Shown piece by piece: positions 13,510-28,530 of a DNA stretch of 64,000 nt; positions within the stretch are counted from its first letter, which is position 1; the number at the start of each line of letters is the position of its first letter. The DNA is taken from NCBI RefSeq assembly GCF_009914755.1, contig NC_060933.1; one strand, given 5' to 3'. Under the pieces are notes generated by a model. That model was not told where the DNA came from. It was given only the letters and a program-made list of their open reading frames with translations, and ran no database searches. The translations under genes and the position numbers were made by a program. The DNA comes from the human T2T-CHM13v2.0 reference genome, Homo sapiens.

Positions 13510-16500
13510 ATAAACTCGATTGCAATCGAATGGAATGGAATGGAATTAACCCGAATAGAATGGAATGGAATGGAACGGAACGGAATGGAATGGAATGGAA
13601 TGGAACGTAACGGAATGGAATGGATGGAATGGAATGGAATCAACGCGAGTGCAGGGGAATGGAATGGAATGGAATGCAATGTAATGGAAACTTCCGGAAT
13701 GGAATGGAATGGAATGGAATGGAATGAAATGCAATGGATTCAACTCGATTGCAATGGAATGGAATAGAATGGAATGAAATGGAATGGAATGCAATTAATC
13801 TGAATAGAATGGAATGGAATGGAATGGAACGGAATGGAACAGAATGGAATGGAATGGAATGGAATGGAATGGAATGGTATGGAATAGAATGGAATGGTAC
13901 GGAATAGAATGGAATGGAACGAATTGTAATGGAATGGAATTGAATGGAATGGAATGGAATGGAATGGAATCAACGCGAGTGCAGGGGAATGTAATGGAAC
14001 GGAATGCAATGGAATGGAATCATCCGGAATGGAATGGAATGGAATGGAATGGAATGGAATGGAATGGAATCAACCCGAGTGCAATGGAATGGAGTGGAAT
14101 GGAATGGAATGGAATGGAACAACCCGAATGGAATGGAATGTAATGGAGAGTAAGGGAGTTGAATAGAATCAATCCGAATGTAATGGAATGGAATGCAACG
14201 GAATGGAATGGAATGGAATGGAACGGAATGCAATGGAATGGAATCAACCCGAGTACAATGGAATGGAATGGAATGGAATGGAATGGAATGGAATGGAATG
14301 GAATGATACGGAATAGAATGGAATGGAAAGAAATGGAATTGAATGGAAAGGAATGGAATGGAATGGAATGGAATCGTTCCGAGTGGAATAGGAGGGAATG
14401 TATTCGAGTGGAATGGAAAGGAATGGAATCAACCAGAGTGGAATGGAAGGGAATGGAATGGAATGGAAACTAATAGAATGGAATCAACCCGAGTGGAATG
14501 GAATGGAAAGGACTGGAATGGAATGGAATGGAATGGAATCAACACGTTTGTAATGGAATGGAATGGAATGGAATGGAATGGAATGGAATGGAATTAACCC
14601 GAATACAATGCAAGGGAATGGAATGGAATGGAAACTAATAGAATGGAATCAACCCGAGTGGAATGGAATGGAAAGGACTGGAATGGAATGGAATGGAATG
14701 GAATCAACTCGATTGTAACGGAATGGAATGGAATGGAATGGAATGGAATGGAATTAACCCGAATACAATGGAATGGAATGGAATGGAATGGAATTGAGTG
14801 GAATGGAATGGAATCAACCCGAGTGCAGGGGAAAGGAATGGAATGGAATGCAATGGAATGGAATCATCCGGAATGGAATCGAATGGAATGGAATGCAAAG
14901 CAATGGAATCAACTCGATTGCAATGGAATGGAATGGAATGGAAAGGAATACATTGGAATCAACCCGAGTGGAATGGAATGGAAAGGACTGGAATGGAGTG
15001 GAATGGAATGGAATGCAATGGAATGGAATGGAATGGAATCAACTTGATTGGAATGGAATGGAATGGAATGGAATGGAATGGAATGGAATCAACCCGACTG
15101 CAGGGGAATGGAATGGAATGGAATGCAATGGAATGGATTCAACTTGAATGGAATGGAAAGAGTGGAATCAACACGAGTGGAATGGCATGGATTGGAATGG
15201 AATGGAATGGAATCAACCCGAGTACAGGGGAATGGAATGGAATGGAATGCAATGGAATGGAATCATCCGTAATGGAATGGAAAGGAATGGAATGGAATGG
15301 AAAGGAATGGAATGGAATGGAATGGAATGGAATGGAATGGAATGGAATCAACTCGATTGCAATCGAATGGAATGGAATGGAATTAACCCGAATAGAATGG
15401 AATGGAATGGAATGGAACGGAACGGAATGGAATGGAATGGAATGGAATGGAATGGAATGGAATGGAACGGAACGGAATGGAATGGAATGGAATGGAATGG
15501 AATGGAATCAACGCGAGTGCAGGGGAATGGAATGGAATGGAATGCAATGGAATGGAATCTTCCGGAATGGAATGGAATTGAATGGAATGGAATGGAATGG
15601 TATGGAATCAACCCGAGTGCAATGGAATGGAGTGGAATGGAATGGAATGGAATGGAACAACCCGAATGGAATGGAATGTAATGGAGAGTAAGGGAGTTGA
15701 ATAGAATCTATCCGAATGTAATGGAATGGAATGGAACGGAATTGAATGGAATGGAATGTAATGGAATGCAATGGAATGGAATCAACCCGAGTTCAATGAA
15801 ATGGAGAGGAATGGAATGGAATGGAATGGAAACTACCCGAATGGAATGGAATGTAATGGAGTGTAAGGGAATTGAATAGAATCAATCCGAATGGAATGGA
15901 ATGGAATGGAACGGAATGGAATGGAATGGAATGGAATGGAATGGAATGCAATGGAATGGAATCAACCCGAGTGCAATCGAATGGAATCGAATGGAATGGA
16001 ATGCAATGGAATGGATTCAACTTGAATGGAATGGAAAGAATGGAATCAACACGAGTGGAATGACATGGATTGGAATGGAATGGAATGGAATCAACCCGAG
16101 TACAGGGGAATGGAATGGAATGGAATGCAATGGAATGGAATCATCCGTAATGGAATGGAATGGAATGGAATGGAATGGAATGGAATGGAATCAACTCGAT
16201 TGCAATGGAATGGAATGGAATGGAATTAACCCGAATAGAATGGAATGGAATGGAATGGAACGCAACGGAATGGAATGGAATGGAATGGAATGGAACGGAA
16301 AGGAAGGGAATGGAATGGAATAGAATGGAATGCAATGGAATCAACGCGAGTGCAGGGGAATGGAATGGGATGGAATGCAATGGAATGGAATCAATCCGAG
16401 TGCAATCGAATGGAATCGAATGGAATGGAATGCAATGGAATGGAATCAACTTGAATGGAATGGAAAGAATGGAATCAACACGAGTGGAATGGCATGGATT

Positions 16501-19500
16501 GGATTGGAATGGAATGGAATCAACCCGAGTATAGGGGAATGGAATGGAATGGAATGCAATGGAATGGAATCATCCGTAATGGAATAGAAAGGAATGGAAT
16601 GGAATGGAATGGAATGGAATCAACTCTATTGCAATCGAATGGAATGGAATGGAATTAACCCGAATAGAATGGAATGGAATGGAATGGAACGGAACGGAAT
16701 GGAATGGAATGGAATGGAACGTAACGGAATGGAATGGATGGAATGGAATGGAATCAACGCGAGTGCAGGGGAATGGAATGGAATGGAATGCAATGTAATG
16801 GAAACTTCCGGAATGGAATGGAATGGAATGGAATGGAATGAAATGCAATGGATTCAACTCGATTGCAATGGAATGGAATAGAATGGAATGAAATGGAATG
16901 GAATGCAATTAATCTGAATAGAATGGAATGGAATGGAATGGAACGGAATGGAACAGAATGGAATGGAATGGAATGGAATGGAATGGAATGGTATGGAATA
17001 GAATGGAATGGTACGGAATAGAATGGAATGGAACGAATTGTAATGGAATGGAATTGAATGGAATGGAATGGAATGGAATGGAATCAACGCGAGTGCAGGG
17101 GAATGTAATGGAACGGAATGCAATGGAATGGAATCATCCGGAATGGAATGGAATGGAATGGAATGGAATGGAATGGAATGGAATCAACCCGAGTGCAATG
17201 GAATGGAGTGGAATGGAATGGAATGGAATGGAACAACCCGAATGGAATGGAATGTAATGGAGAGTAAGGGAGTTGAATAGAATCAATCCGAATGTAATGG
17301 AATGGAATGCAACGGAATGGAATGGAATGGAATGGAATGGAATGCAATGGAATGGAATCAACCCGAGTACAATGGAATGGAATGGAATGGAATGGAATGG
17401 AATGGAATGGAATGGAATGATACGGAATAGAATGGAATGGAACGAAATGGAATTGAATGGAAAGGAATGGAATGGAATGGAATGGAATCGTTCCGAGTGG
17501 AATAGGAGGGAATGTATTCGAGTGGAATGGAAAGGAATGGAATCAACCAGAGTGGAATGGAAGGGAATGGAATGGAATGGAAACTAATAGAATGGAATCA
17601 ACCCGAGTGGAATGCAATGGAAAGGACTGGAATGGAATGGAATGGAATGGAATCAACACGTTTGTAATGGAATGGAATGGAATGGAATGGAATGGAATGG
17701 AATGGAATTAACCCGAATACAATGCAAGGGAATGGAATGGAATGGAAACTAATAGAATGGAATCAACCCGAGTGGAATGGAATGGAAAGGACTGGAATGG
17801 AATGGAATGGAATGGAATCAACTCGATTGTAATGGAATGGAATGGAATGGAATGGAATGGAATGGAATGGAATTAACCCGAATACAATGGAATGGAATGG
17901 AATGGAATTGAATGGAGTGGAATGGAATGGAATCAACCCGAGTGCAGGGGAATGGAATGGAATGGAATGCAATGGAATGGAATCATCCGGAATGGAATCG
18001 AATGGAATGGAATGCAAAGCAATGGAATCAACTCGATTGCAATGGAATGGAATGGAATGGAAAGGAATACATTGGAATCAACCCGAGTGGAATGGAATGG
18101 AAAGGACTGGAATGGAGTGGAATGGAATGGAATGCAATGGAATGGAATGGAATGGAATCAACTTGATTGGAATGGAATGGAATGGAATGGAATGGAATGG
18201 AATGGAATGGAATGGAATCAACCCGACTGCAGGGGAATGGAATGGAATGGAATGCAATGGAATGGATTCAACTTGAATGGAATGGAAAGAGTGGAATCAA
18301 CACGAGTGGAATGGCATGGATTGGAATGGAATGGAATGGAATCAACCCGAGTACAGGGGAATGGAATGGAATGGAATGCAATGGAATGGAATCATCCGTA
18401 ATGGAATGGAAAGGAATGGAATGGAATGGAAAGGAATGGAATGGAATGGAATGGAATGGAATGGAATCAACTCGATTGCAATCGAATGGAATGGAATGGA
18501 ATTAACCCGAATAGAATGGAATGGAATGGAATGGAACGGAACGGAATGGAATGGAATGGAATGGAATGGAATGGAATGGAACGGAACGGAATGGAATGGA
18601 ATGGAATGGAATGGAATGGAATCAACGCGAGTGCAGGGGAATGGAATGGAATGGAATGCAATGGAATGGAATCTTCCGGAATGGAATGGAATTGAATGGA
18701 ATGGAATGGAATGGTATGGAATAAACCCGAGTGCAATGGAATGGAGTGCAATGGAATGGAATGGAATGGAACAACCCGAATGGAATGGAATGTAATGGAG
18801 AGTAAGGGAGTTGAATAGAATCTATCCGAATGTAATGGAATGGAATGGAACGGAATGGAATGTAATGGAATGCAATGGAGTGGAATCAACCCGAGTTCAA
18901 TGAAATGGAGAGGAATGGAATGGAATGGAATGGAAACTACCCGAATGGAATGGAATGTAATGGAGTGTAAAGGAATTGAATAGAATCAATCCGAATGTAA
19001 TGGAATGGAATGGAACGGAATGGAATGGAATGGAATGGAATGGAATGGAATGGAATGCAATGGAATGGAATCAACCCGAGTGCAATCGAATGGAATCGAA
19101 TGGAATGGAATGCAATGGAATGGATTCAACTTGAATGGAATGGAAAGAATGGAATCAACACGAGTGGAATGACATGGATTGGAATGGAATGGAATGGAAT
19201 CAACCCGAGTACAGGGGAATGGAATGGAATGGAATGCAATGGAATGGAATCATCCGTAATGGAATGGAATGGAATGGAATGGAATGGAATGGAATGGAAT
19301 GGAATCAACTCGATTGCAATCGAATGGAATGGAATGGAATTAACCCGAATAGAATGGAATGGAATGGAATGGAACGGAACGGAATGGAATGGAATGGAAT
19401 GGAATGGAACGGAAAGGAAGGGAATGGAATGGAATAGAATGGAATGCAATGGAATCAACGCGAGTGCAGGGGAATGGAATGGAATGGAATGCAATGGAAT

Positions 19501-20200
19501 GGAATCTTCCGGAATGGAATGGAATGGAATGGAATGGAATGGAATGGAATCAACCCGAGTGCAATGGAATGGAGTGGAATGGAATGGAATGGAATGGAAC
19601 AACCCGAATGGAATGGAATGTAATGGAGAGTAAGGGAGTTGAATAGAATCAATCCGAATGTAATGGAATGGAATGGAACGGAATGGAATTGAATGGAATG
19701 GAATGGAATGCAATGGAATGGAATCAACCCGAGTGCAATGGAATGGAGAGGAATGGAATGGAATGGAATGGAAACTACCCGAATGGAATGGAATGTAATG
19801 GAGTGTAAGGGAATTGAATAGAATCAATCCGAATGTAATGGAATGGAATGGAACGGAATGGAATGGAATGGAATGGAATGGAATGGAATGGAATGCAATG
19901 GAATGGAATCAACCCGAGTGCAATCGAATGGAATCGAATGGAATGGAATGCAATGGAATGGAATCAACTTGAATGGAATGGAAAGAATGGAATCAACACG
20001 AGTGGAATGGCATGGATTGGAATGGAATGGAATGGAATCAACCCGAGTACAGGGGAATGGAATGGAATGGAATGCAATGGAATGGAATCATCCGTAATGG
20101 AATGGAAAGGATTGGAATGGAATGGAATGGAATGGAATGGAATGGAATCAACTCGATTGCAATCGAATGGAATGGAATGGAATTAACCCAAATAGAATGG
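13510..20200 (+). repeat. Tandem duplication, ~3.1 kb copy (~13510-16620) followed by ~3.5 kb copy (~16620-20200)
   Basis: ORF pairs 13740/16854, 13814/16928, 13954/17068 and 14343/17457 are offset by 3114. Shared private variants AACACGTTTGTAAT (14541, 17655), GAATCTATCCG, TGACATGG and GGAAAGAGTGG. After an internal ~410 bp length difference the offset becomes 3518 (16455/19973). Confidence 0.88.
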
Positions 20201-20279
20201 AACGGAATGGAATGGAATCGAATGGAATGGAATCAACGCGAGTGCAGGGGAATGGAATGGAATGGAATGCAATGGAATG

Positions 20280-23200
20280 GAAACATCCGTAATGGAATGG
20301 AATGGAATGGAATGGAATGAAATGCAGTGGATTCAACTCGATTGCAATGGAATGGAATAGAATGGAATGAAATGGAATGGAATGCAATTAATCCGAATAG
20401 AATGGAATGGAATGGAATGGAACGGAATGGAACGGAATGGAATGGGATGGAATGGAATGGAATGGTATGGAATGGAATGGAATGGTACGGAATAGAATGG
20501 AATGGAACGAATTGTAATGGAATGGAATTGAATGGAATGGAATGGAATGGAATGGAATGGAATCAACGTGAGTGCAGGGGAATGTAATGGAACGGAATGC
20601 AATGGAATGGAATCATCCGGAATGGAATGGAATGCAATGGAATGGAATGGAATCAACCCGAGTGCATTGGAATGGAGTGGAATGGAATGGAATGGAATGG
20701 AACAACCCGAATGGAATGGAATGTAATGGAGAGTAAGGGAGTTGAATAGAATCAATCCGAACGTAATGGAATGGAATGCAACGGAATGGAATGGAATGGA
20801 ATGGAATGGAATGCAATGGAATGGAATCAACCCGAGTACAATGGAATGGAATGGAATGGAATGGAATGGAATGGAATGGAATGGAATGATACGGAATAGA
20901 ATGGAATGGAACGAAATGGAATGGAATGGAATGGAATGGAATGGAATGGAATGGAATGCAATGGAATCGTTCCGAGTGGAATAGGAGGGAATGTATTCGA
21001 GTGGAATGGAAAGAAATGGAATCAACCAGAGTGGAATGGAAGGGAATGGAATGGAATGGAAACTAATAGAATGTAATCAACCCGAGTGGAATGGAATGGA
21101 AAGGACTGGAATGGAATGGAATGGAATGGAATCAACTCGATTGTAATGGAATGGAATGGAATGGAATGGAATGGAATGGAATGGAATGGAATTAACCCGA
21201 ATACAATGGAACGGAGTGGAATGGAATGGAACGGATTGGAATGGAATGGAATGGAATGGAATGGAATTAAATGGAATGGAAAGGAATGGAATAAACCCGT
21301 GTGCAGGGGAAAGGATTGGAATGGAATGGAATGGAATGGAATGGAATGGAATGGAATGGAATGGAATCAACGCGAGTGGAATGGCATGGAATGGAATGCA
21401 ATGGAATGGAATGGAATGGAATCAACTCGAGTGGAAAGGAATGGAATGGAATGGAAAGGAATGGAATGAAATCAACTCGAGTGGAATGGAATGGAATGGA
21501 ATGGATTGGAATGGATTGCAATGGAATGAAATGGAATGGAATGGAATGGAATCAATCATTCCGAGTGGAATGGAAGGGAATGTAATGGAGTGGAAAGAAG
21601 GGAATGGAATCAACCCGAGTGGAATGCAAGGCAATGGAATGGAATGGAAAGGAATGGAATGGAATCAACTCGATTGCAATGGAATGGAATGGAATGGAAT
21701 GGAAAGGAATGGAATGGAATGAAATGGAATGGAATGGAATGCAATGGAATGGAATCAACCCGAGTGCAATCGAATGGAATCGAATGGAATGGAATGCAAT
21801 GGAATGGATTCAACTTGAATGGAATGGAAAGAATGGAATCAACACGAGTGGAATGGCATGGATTGGAATGGAATGGAATGGAATCAACCCGAGTACAGGG
21901 GAATGGAATGGAATGGAATGCAATGGAATGGAATCATCCGTAGTGGAATGGAAAGGAATGGAATGGAATGGAATGGAATGGAATGGAATGGAATCAACTC
22001 GATTGCAATCGAATGGAATGGAATGGAATTAACCTGAATAGAATGGAATGGAATGGAATGGAACGGAACGGAACGGAACGGAACGGAATGGAATGGAATG
22101 GAATGGAATGGAACGGAAAGGAATGGAATGGAATGGAATGGAATGGAATGGAATGGAATGGAATGGAATCAACGCGAGTGCAGGGGAATGGAATGTAATG
22201 GAATGTAATGGAATGGAATCTTCCGGAATGGAATGGAATGGAATGGAATAAACCCGAGTGCAATGGAATGGAGTGGAAAGGAATGGAATGGAATGGAACA
22301 ACCCGAATGGAATCGAATGTAATGGAGAGTAAGGGAGTTGAATAGAATCAATCCGAATGTAATGGAATGTAATAGAACGGAATGGAATTGAATGGAATGG
22401 AATGGAATGCAATGGAATGGAATCAACCCGAGGGCAATGGAATGGAGAGGAATGGAATGGAATGGAGTGCAAACTACCCGAATGGAATGGAATGTAATGG
22501 AGTGTAAGGGAATTGAATAGAATCAATCCGAATGTAATGGAATAGAATGGAATGGAATGGAATGGAATGGAATGGAATGGAATGGAATGGAATCAACCCG
22601 AGTGCAATCGAATGCAATCGAATGGAATGGAATGCAATGGAATGGATTCAACTTGAATGGAATGGAAAGAATGGAATCAACAAGAGTGGAATGGCATGGA
22701 TTGGAATGGAATGGAATGGAATCAACCCGAGTACAGGGGAATGGAATGGAATGGAATGCAATGGAATGGAATCATCCGTAATGGAATGGAAAGGAATGGA
22801 ATGGAATGGAATGGAATGGAATGGAATGGAATGGAATCAACTCGATTGCAATAGAATGGAATGGAATGGAATTAACCCGAATAGAATGGAATGGAATGGA
22901 ATGGAACGGAACGGAATGGAATGGAATGGAATGGAATGGAATGGAAAGGAACGGAATGCAATGGAATGGAACGGAACGGAATGGAATGGAATGGAATGGA
23001 ATGGAATGGAATGGAATGGAATCAACGCGAGTGCAGGGGAATGGAATGGAATGGAATGCAATGGAATGGAATCTTCCGGAATGGAATGGAATGGAATGGA
23101 ATGGAATGAAATGCAATGGATTCAACTCGATTGCAATGGAATGGAATAGAATGGAATGGAATGGAATGGAATGGAATTAACCCGAATAGAATGGAATGGA

Positions 23201-26200
23201 ATGCAATGGAACGGAATGGAACGGAATGGAATGGAATGGAATGGAATGGAATGGTATGGAATGGAATGGAATGGTACGGAATAGAATGGAATGGAACGTA
23301 TTGTAATGGAATGGAATTGAATGGAATGGAATGGAATCAACGCGAGTGCAGGGGAATGTAATGCAACGGAATGCAATGGAATGGAATCATCCGGAAAGGA
23401 ATGGAATGGAATGGAATGGAATGGAATGGAATGGAATCAACCCGAGTGCAATGGAATGGAGTGGAATGGAATGGAATGGAATGGAACAACACGAATGGAA
23501 TGGAATGTAATGGAGAGTAAGGGAGTAGAATAGAATCAATCCAAATGTAATGGAATGGAATGCAACGGAATGGAATGGAATGGAATGGAATGGAATGCAA
23601 TGCAATGGAATCAACCCGAGTACAATGGAATGGAATGGAATGGAATGGAATGGAATGGAATGGATTGGAATGGAATGCCTTCAAACCGAATGGAATGGAA
23701 AGGAATGGAATCAACACGAGTGGAATGGAATGGAATGGAATGGAATGGAATGGAATGATACGGAATAGAATGGAATGGAACGAAATGGAATGGAATGGAA
23801 TGGAATGGAACGGAATGGAATGGAATGGAATGGAATGGAATGGAATGGAATGGAATGGAATCGTTCGGAGTGGAATAGGAAGGAATGTATTCGAGTGGAA
23901 TGGAAAGGAATGGAATCAACCAGAGTGGAATGGAAGGGAATGGAATGGAATGGAAACTAATAGAATGGAATCAACCCGAGTGGAATGGAATGGAAAGGAC
24001 TGGAATGGAATGGAATGGAATGGAATGGAATCAACTCGATTGAAATGGAATGGAAAGGAATGGAATGGAATGGAATGGAATGGAATTAAACCGAATACAA
24101 TGGAATGGAATGGAATGGAACGGAATGGAGTGGAATGGAATGGAATCAACCCGAGTGCAGGGGAATGGAATGGAATGGAATGCAATGGAATGGAATCATC
24201 CGGAATGGAATGGAATGGAATGGAATGCAAAGCAATGGAATCAACTCGATTGCAATGGAATGGAATGGAATGGAATGGTATGGAATAAACCCGAGTGCAA
24301 TGGAATGGAGTGGAATGGAATGGAATGGAATGGAACAACCCGAATGGAATGGAATGTAATGGAGACTAAGGGAGTTGAATAGAATCAATCCGAATGTAAT
24401 GGAATGGAATGGAACGGAATGGAATTGAATGGAATGGAATGGAATGGAATGGAATGCAATGGAATGGAAACTTCCGGAATGGAATGGAATGGAATGGAAT
24501 GGAATGAAATGCAATGGATTCAACTCGATTGCAATGGAATGGAATAGAATGGAATGGAATGGAATGGAATGGAATTAATCCGAATAGAATGGAATGGAAT
24601 GGAATGGAACGGAATGGAACGGAAAGGAATGGAATGGAACGGAATGGAATGGAATGGAATGGAATGGTATGGAATGGAATGGAATGGTACGGAATAGAAT
24701 GGAATGGAACGAATTGTAATGGAATGGAATTGAATGGAATGGAATGGAATGGAATGGAATGGAATCAACGTGAGTGCAGGGGAATGTAATGGAACGGAAT
24801 GCAATGGAATGGAATCATCCGGAATGGAATGGAATGCAATGGAATGGAATGGAATCAACCCGAGTGCATTGGAATGGAGTGGAATGGAATGGAATGGAAT
24901 GGAACAACCCGAATGGAATGGAATGTAATGGAGAGTAAGGGAGTTGAATAGAATCAATCCGAACGTAATGGAATGGAATGCAACGGAATGGAATGGAATG
25001 GAATGGAATGGAATGCAATGGAATGGAATCAACCCGAGTACAATGGAATGGAATGGAATGGAATGGAATGGAATGGAATGGAATGGAATGGAATGGAATG
25101 ATACGGAATAGAATGGAATGGAACGAAATGGAATGGAATGGAATGGAATGGAATGGAATGGAATGGAATGGAATGGAATGGAATGGAATGGAATCGTTCC
25201 GAGTGGAATAGGAGGGAATGTATTCGAGTGGAATGGAAAGAAATGGAATCAACCAGAGTGGAATGGAAGGGAATGGAATGGAATGGAAACTAATAGAATG
25301 TAATCAACCCGAGTGGAATGGAATGGAAAGGACTGGAATGGAATGGAATGGAATGGAATCAACTCGATTGTAATGGAATGGAATGGAATGGAATGGAATG
25401 GAATGGAATTAACCCGAATACAATGGAACGGAATGGAATGGAATGGAACGGATTGGAATGGAATGGAATGGAATGGAATGGAATTAAATGGAATGGAAAG
25501 GAATGGAATAAACCTGTGTGCAGGGGAAAGGATTGGAATGGAATGGAATGGAATGGAATGGAATGGAATGGAATGGAATGGAATCAACGCGAGTGGAATG
25601 GCATGGAATGGAATGCAATGGAATGGAATGGAATGGAATCAACTCGAGTGGAAAGGAATGGAATGGAATGGAAAGGAATGGAATGAAATCAACTCGAGTG
25701 GAATGGAATGGAATGGAATGGATTGGAATGGATTGCAATGGAATGAAATGGAATGGAATGGAATGGAATCAATCATTCCGAGTGGAATGGAAGGGAATGT
25801 AATGGAGTGGAAAGAAGGGAATGGAATCAACCCGAGTGGAATGCAAGGCAATGGAATGGAATGGAAAGGAATGGAATGGAATCAACTCGATTGCAATGGA
25901 ATGGAATGGAATGGAATGGAAAGGAATGGAATGGAATGAAATGGAATGGAATGGAATGCAATGGAATGGAATCAACCCGAGTGCAATCGAATGGGATCGA
26001 ATGGAATGGAATGCAATGGAATGGATTCAACTTGAATGGAATGGAAAGAATGGAATCAACACGAGTGGAATGGCATGGATTGGAATGGAATGGAATGGAA
26101 TCAACCCGAGTACAGGGGAATGGAATGGAATGGAATGCAATGGAATGGAATCATCCGTAGTGGAATGGAAAGGAATGGAATGGAATGGAATGGAATGGAA

Positions 26201-28530
26201 TGGAATGGAATGAAATCAACTCGATTGCAATCGAATGGAATGGAATGGAATTAACCTGAATAGAATGGAATGGAATGGAATGGAACGGAACGGAACGGAA
26301 CGGAACGGAATGGAATGGAATGGAATGGAATGGAACGGAAAGGAATGGAATGGAATGGAATGGAATGGAATGGAATGGAATGGAATGGAATCAACGCGAG
26401 TGCAGGGGAATGGAATGTAATGGAATGTAATGGAATGGAATCTTCCGGAATGGAATGGAATGGAATGGAATAAACCCGAGTGCAATGGAATGGAGTGGAA
26501 AGGAATGGAATGGAATGGAACAACCCGAATGGAATCGAATGTAATGGAGAGTAAGGGAGTTGAATAGAATCAATCCGAATGTAATGGAATGTAATAGAAC
26601 GGAATGGAATTGAATGGAATGGAATGGAATGCAATGGAATGGAATCAACCCGAGTGCAATGGAATGGAGAGGAATGGAATGGAATGGAGTGCAAACTACC
26701 CGAATGGAATGGAATGTAATGGAGTGTAAGGGAATTGAATAGAATCAATCCGAATGTAATGGAATAGAATGGAATGGAATGGAATGGAATGGAATGCAAT
26801 GGAATGGAATGCAATGGAATGGAATCAACCCGAGTGCAATCGAATGCAATCGAATGGAATGGAATGCAATGGAATGGATTCAACTTGAATGGAATGGAAA
26901 GAATGGAATCAACAAGAGTGGAATGGCATGGATTGGAATGGAATGGAATGGAATCAACCCGAGTACAGGGGAATGGAATGGAATGGAATGCAATGGAATG
27001 GAATCATCCGTAATGGAATGGAAAGGAATGGAATGGAATGGAATGGAATGGAATGGAATGGAATGGAATGGAATCAACTCGATTGCAATAGAATGGAATG
27101 GAATGGAATTAACCCGAATAGAATGGAATGGAATGGAATGGAACGGAACGGAATGGAATGGAATGGAATGGAATGGAATGGAAAGGAACGGAATGGAATG
27201 GAATGGAACGGAACGGAATGGAATGGAATGGAATGGAATGGAATGGAATGGAATGGAATGGAATCAACGCGAGTGCAGGGGAATGGAATGGAATGGAATG
27301 CAATGGAATGGAATCTTCCGGAATGGAATGGAATGGAATGGAATGGAATGAAATGCAATGGATTCAACTCGATTGCAATGGAATGGAATAGAATGGAATG
27401 GAATGGAATGGAATGGAATTAACCCGAATAGAATGGAATGGAATGCAATGGAACGGAATGGAACGGAATGGAATGGAATGGAATGGAATGGAATGGTATG
27501 GAATGGAATGGAATGGTACGGAATAGAATGGAATGGAACGTATTGTAATGGAATGGAATTGAATGGAATGGAATGGAATAAACGCGAGTGCAGGGGAATG
27601 TAATGCAACGGAATGCAATGGAATGGAATCATCCGGAAAGGAATGGAATGGAATGGAATGGAATGGAATGGAATGGAATCAACCCGAGTGCAATGGAATG
27701 GAGTGGAATGGAATGGAATGGAATGGAATGGAACAACCCGAATGGAATGGAATGTAATGGAGAGTAAGGGAGTAGAATAGAATCAATCCAAATGTAATGG
27801 AATGGAATGCAACGGAATGGAATGGAATGGAATGGAATGGAATGCAATGCAATGGAATCAACCCGAGTACAATGGAATGGAATGGAATGGAATGGAATGG
27901 AATGGAATGGAATGGAATGGATTGGAATGGAATGCCTTCAAACCGAATGGAATGGAAAGGAATGGAATCAACACGAGTGGAATGGAATGGAATGGAATGG
28001 AATGGAATGGAATGATACGGAATAGAATGGAATGGAACGAAATGGAATGGAATGGAATGGAATGGAACGGAATGGAATGGAATGGAATGGAATGGAATGG
28101 AATGGAATGGAATGGAATCGTTCGGAGTGGAATAGGAAGGAATGTATTCGAGTGGAATGGAAAGGAATGGAATCAACCAGAGTGGAATGGAAGGGAATGG
28201 AATGGAATGGAAACTAATAGAATGGAATCAACCCGAGTGGAATGGAATGGAAAGGACTGGAATGGAATGGAATGGAATGGAATGGAATCAACTCGATTGA
28301 AATGGAATGGAAAGGAATGGAATGGAATGGAATGGAATGGAATTAAACCGAATACAATGGAATGGAATGGAATGGAACGGAATGGAGTGGAATGGAATGG
28401 AATCAACCCGAGTGCAGGGGAATGGAATGGAATGGAATGCAATGGAATGGAATCATCCGGAATGGAATGGAATGGAATGGAATGCAAAGCAATGGAATCA
28501 ACTCGATTGCAATGGAATGGAATGGAATGG
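20280..28530 (+). repeat. Tandem duplication, ~4.2 kb unit (copy 1 ~20280-24260, copy 2 ~24470-28530)
   Basis: ORF pair offsets: 20532/24734 (4202), 21301/25518 (4217), 22048/26270 (4222), 23116/27358 (4242), 23775/28032 (4257). Shared variants AGTGCATTGG, CCGTAGTGG, GGAGTGCAAACTACC, CAACAAGAGT, GAGTAGAAT and CGTTCGGAGT. Confidence 0.92.
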
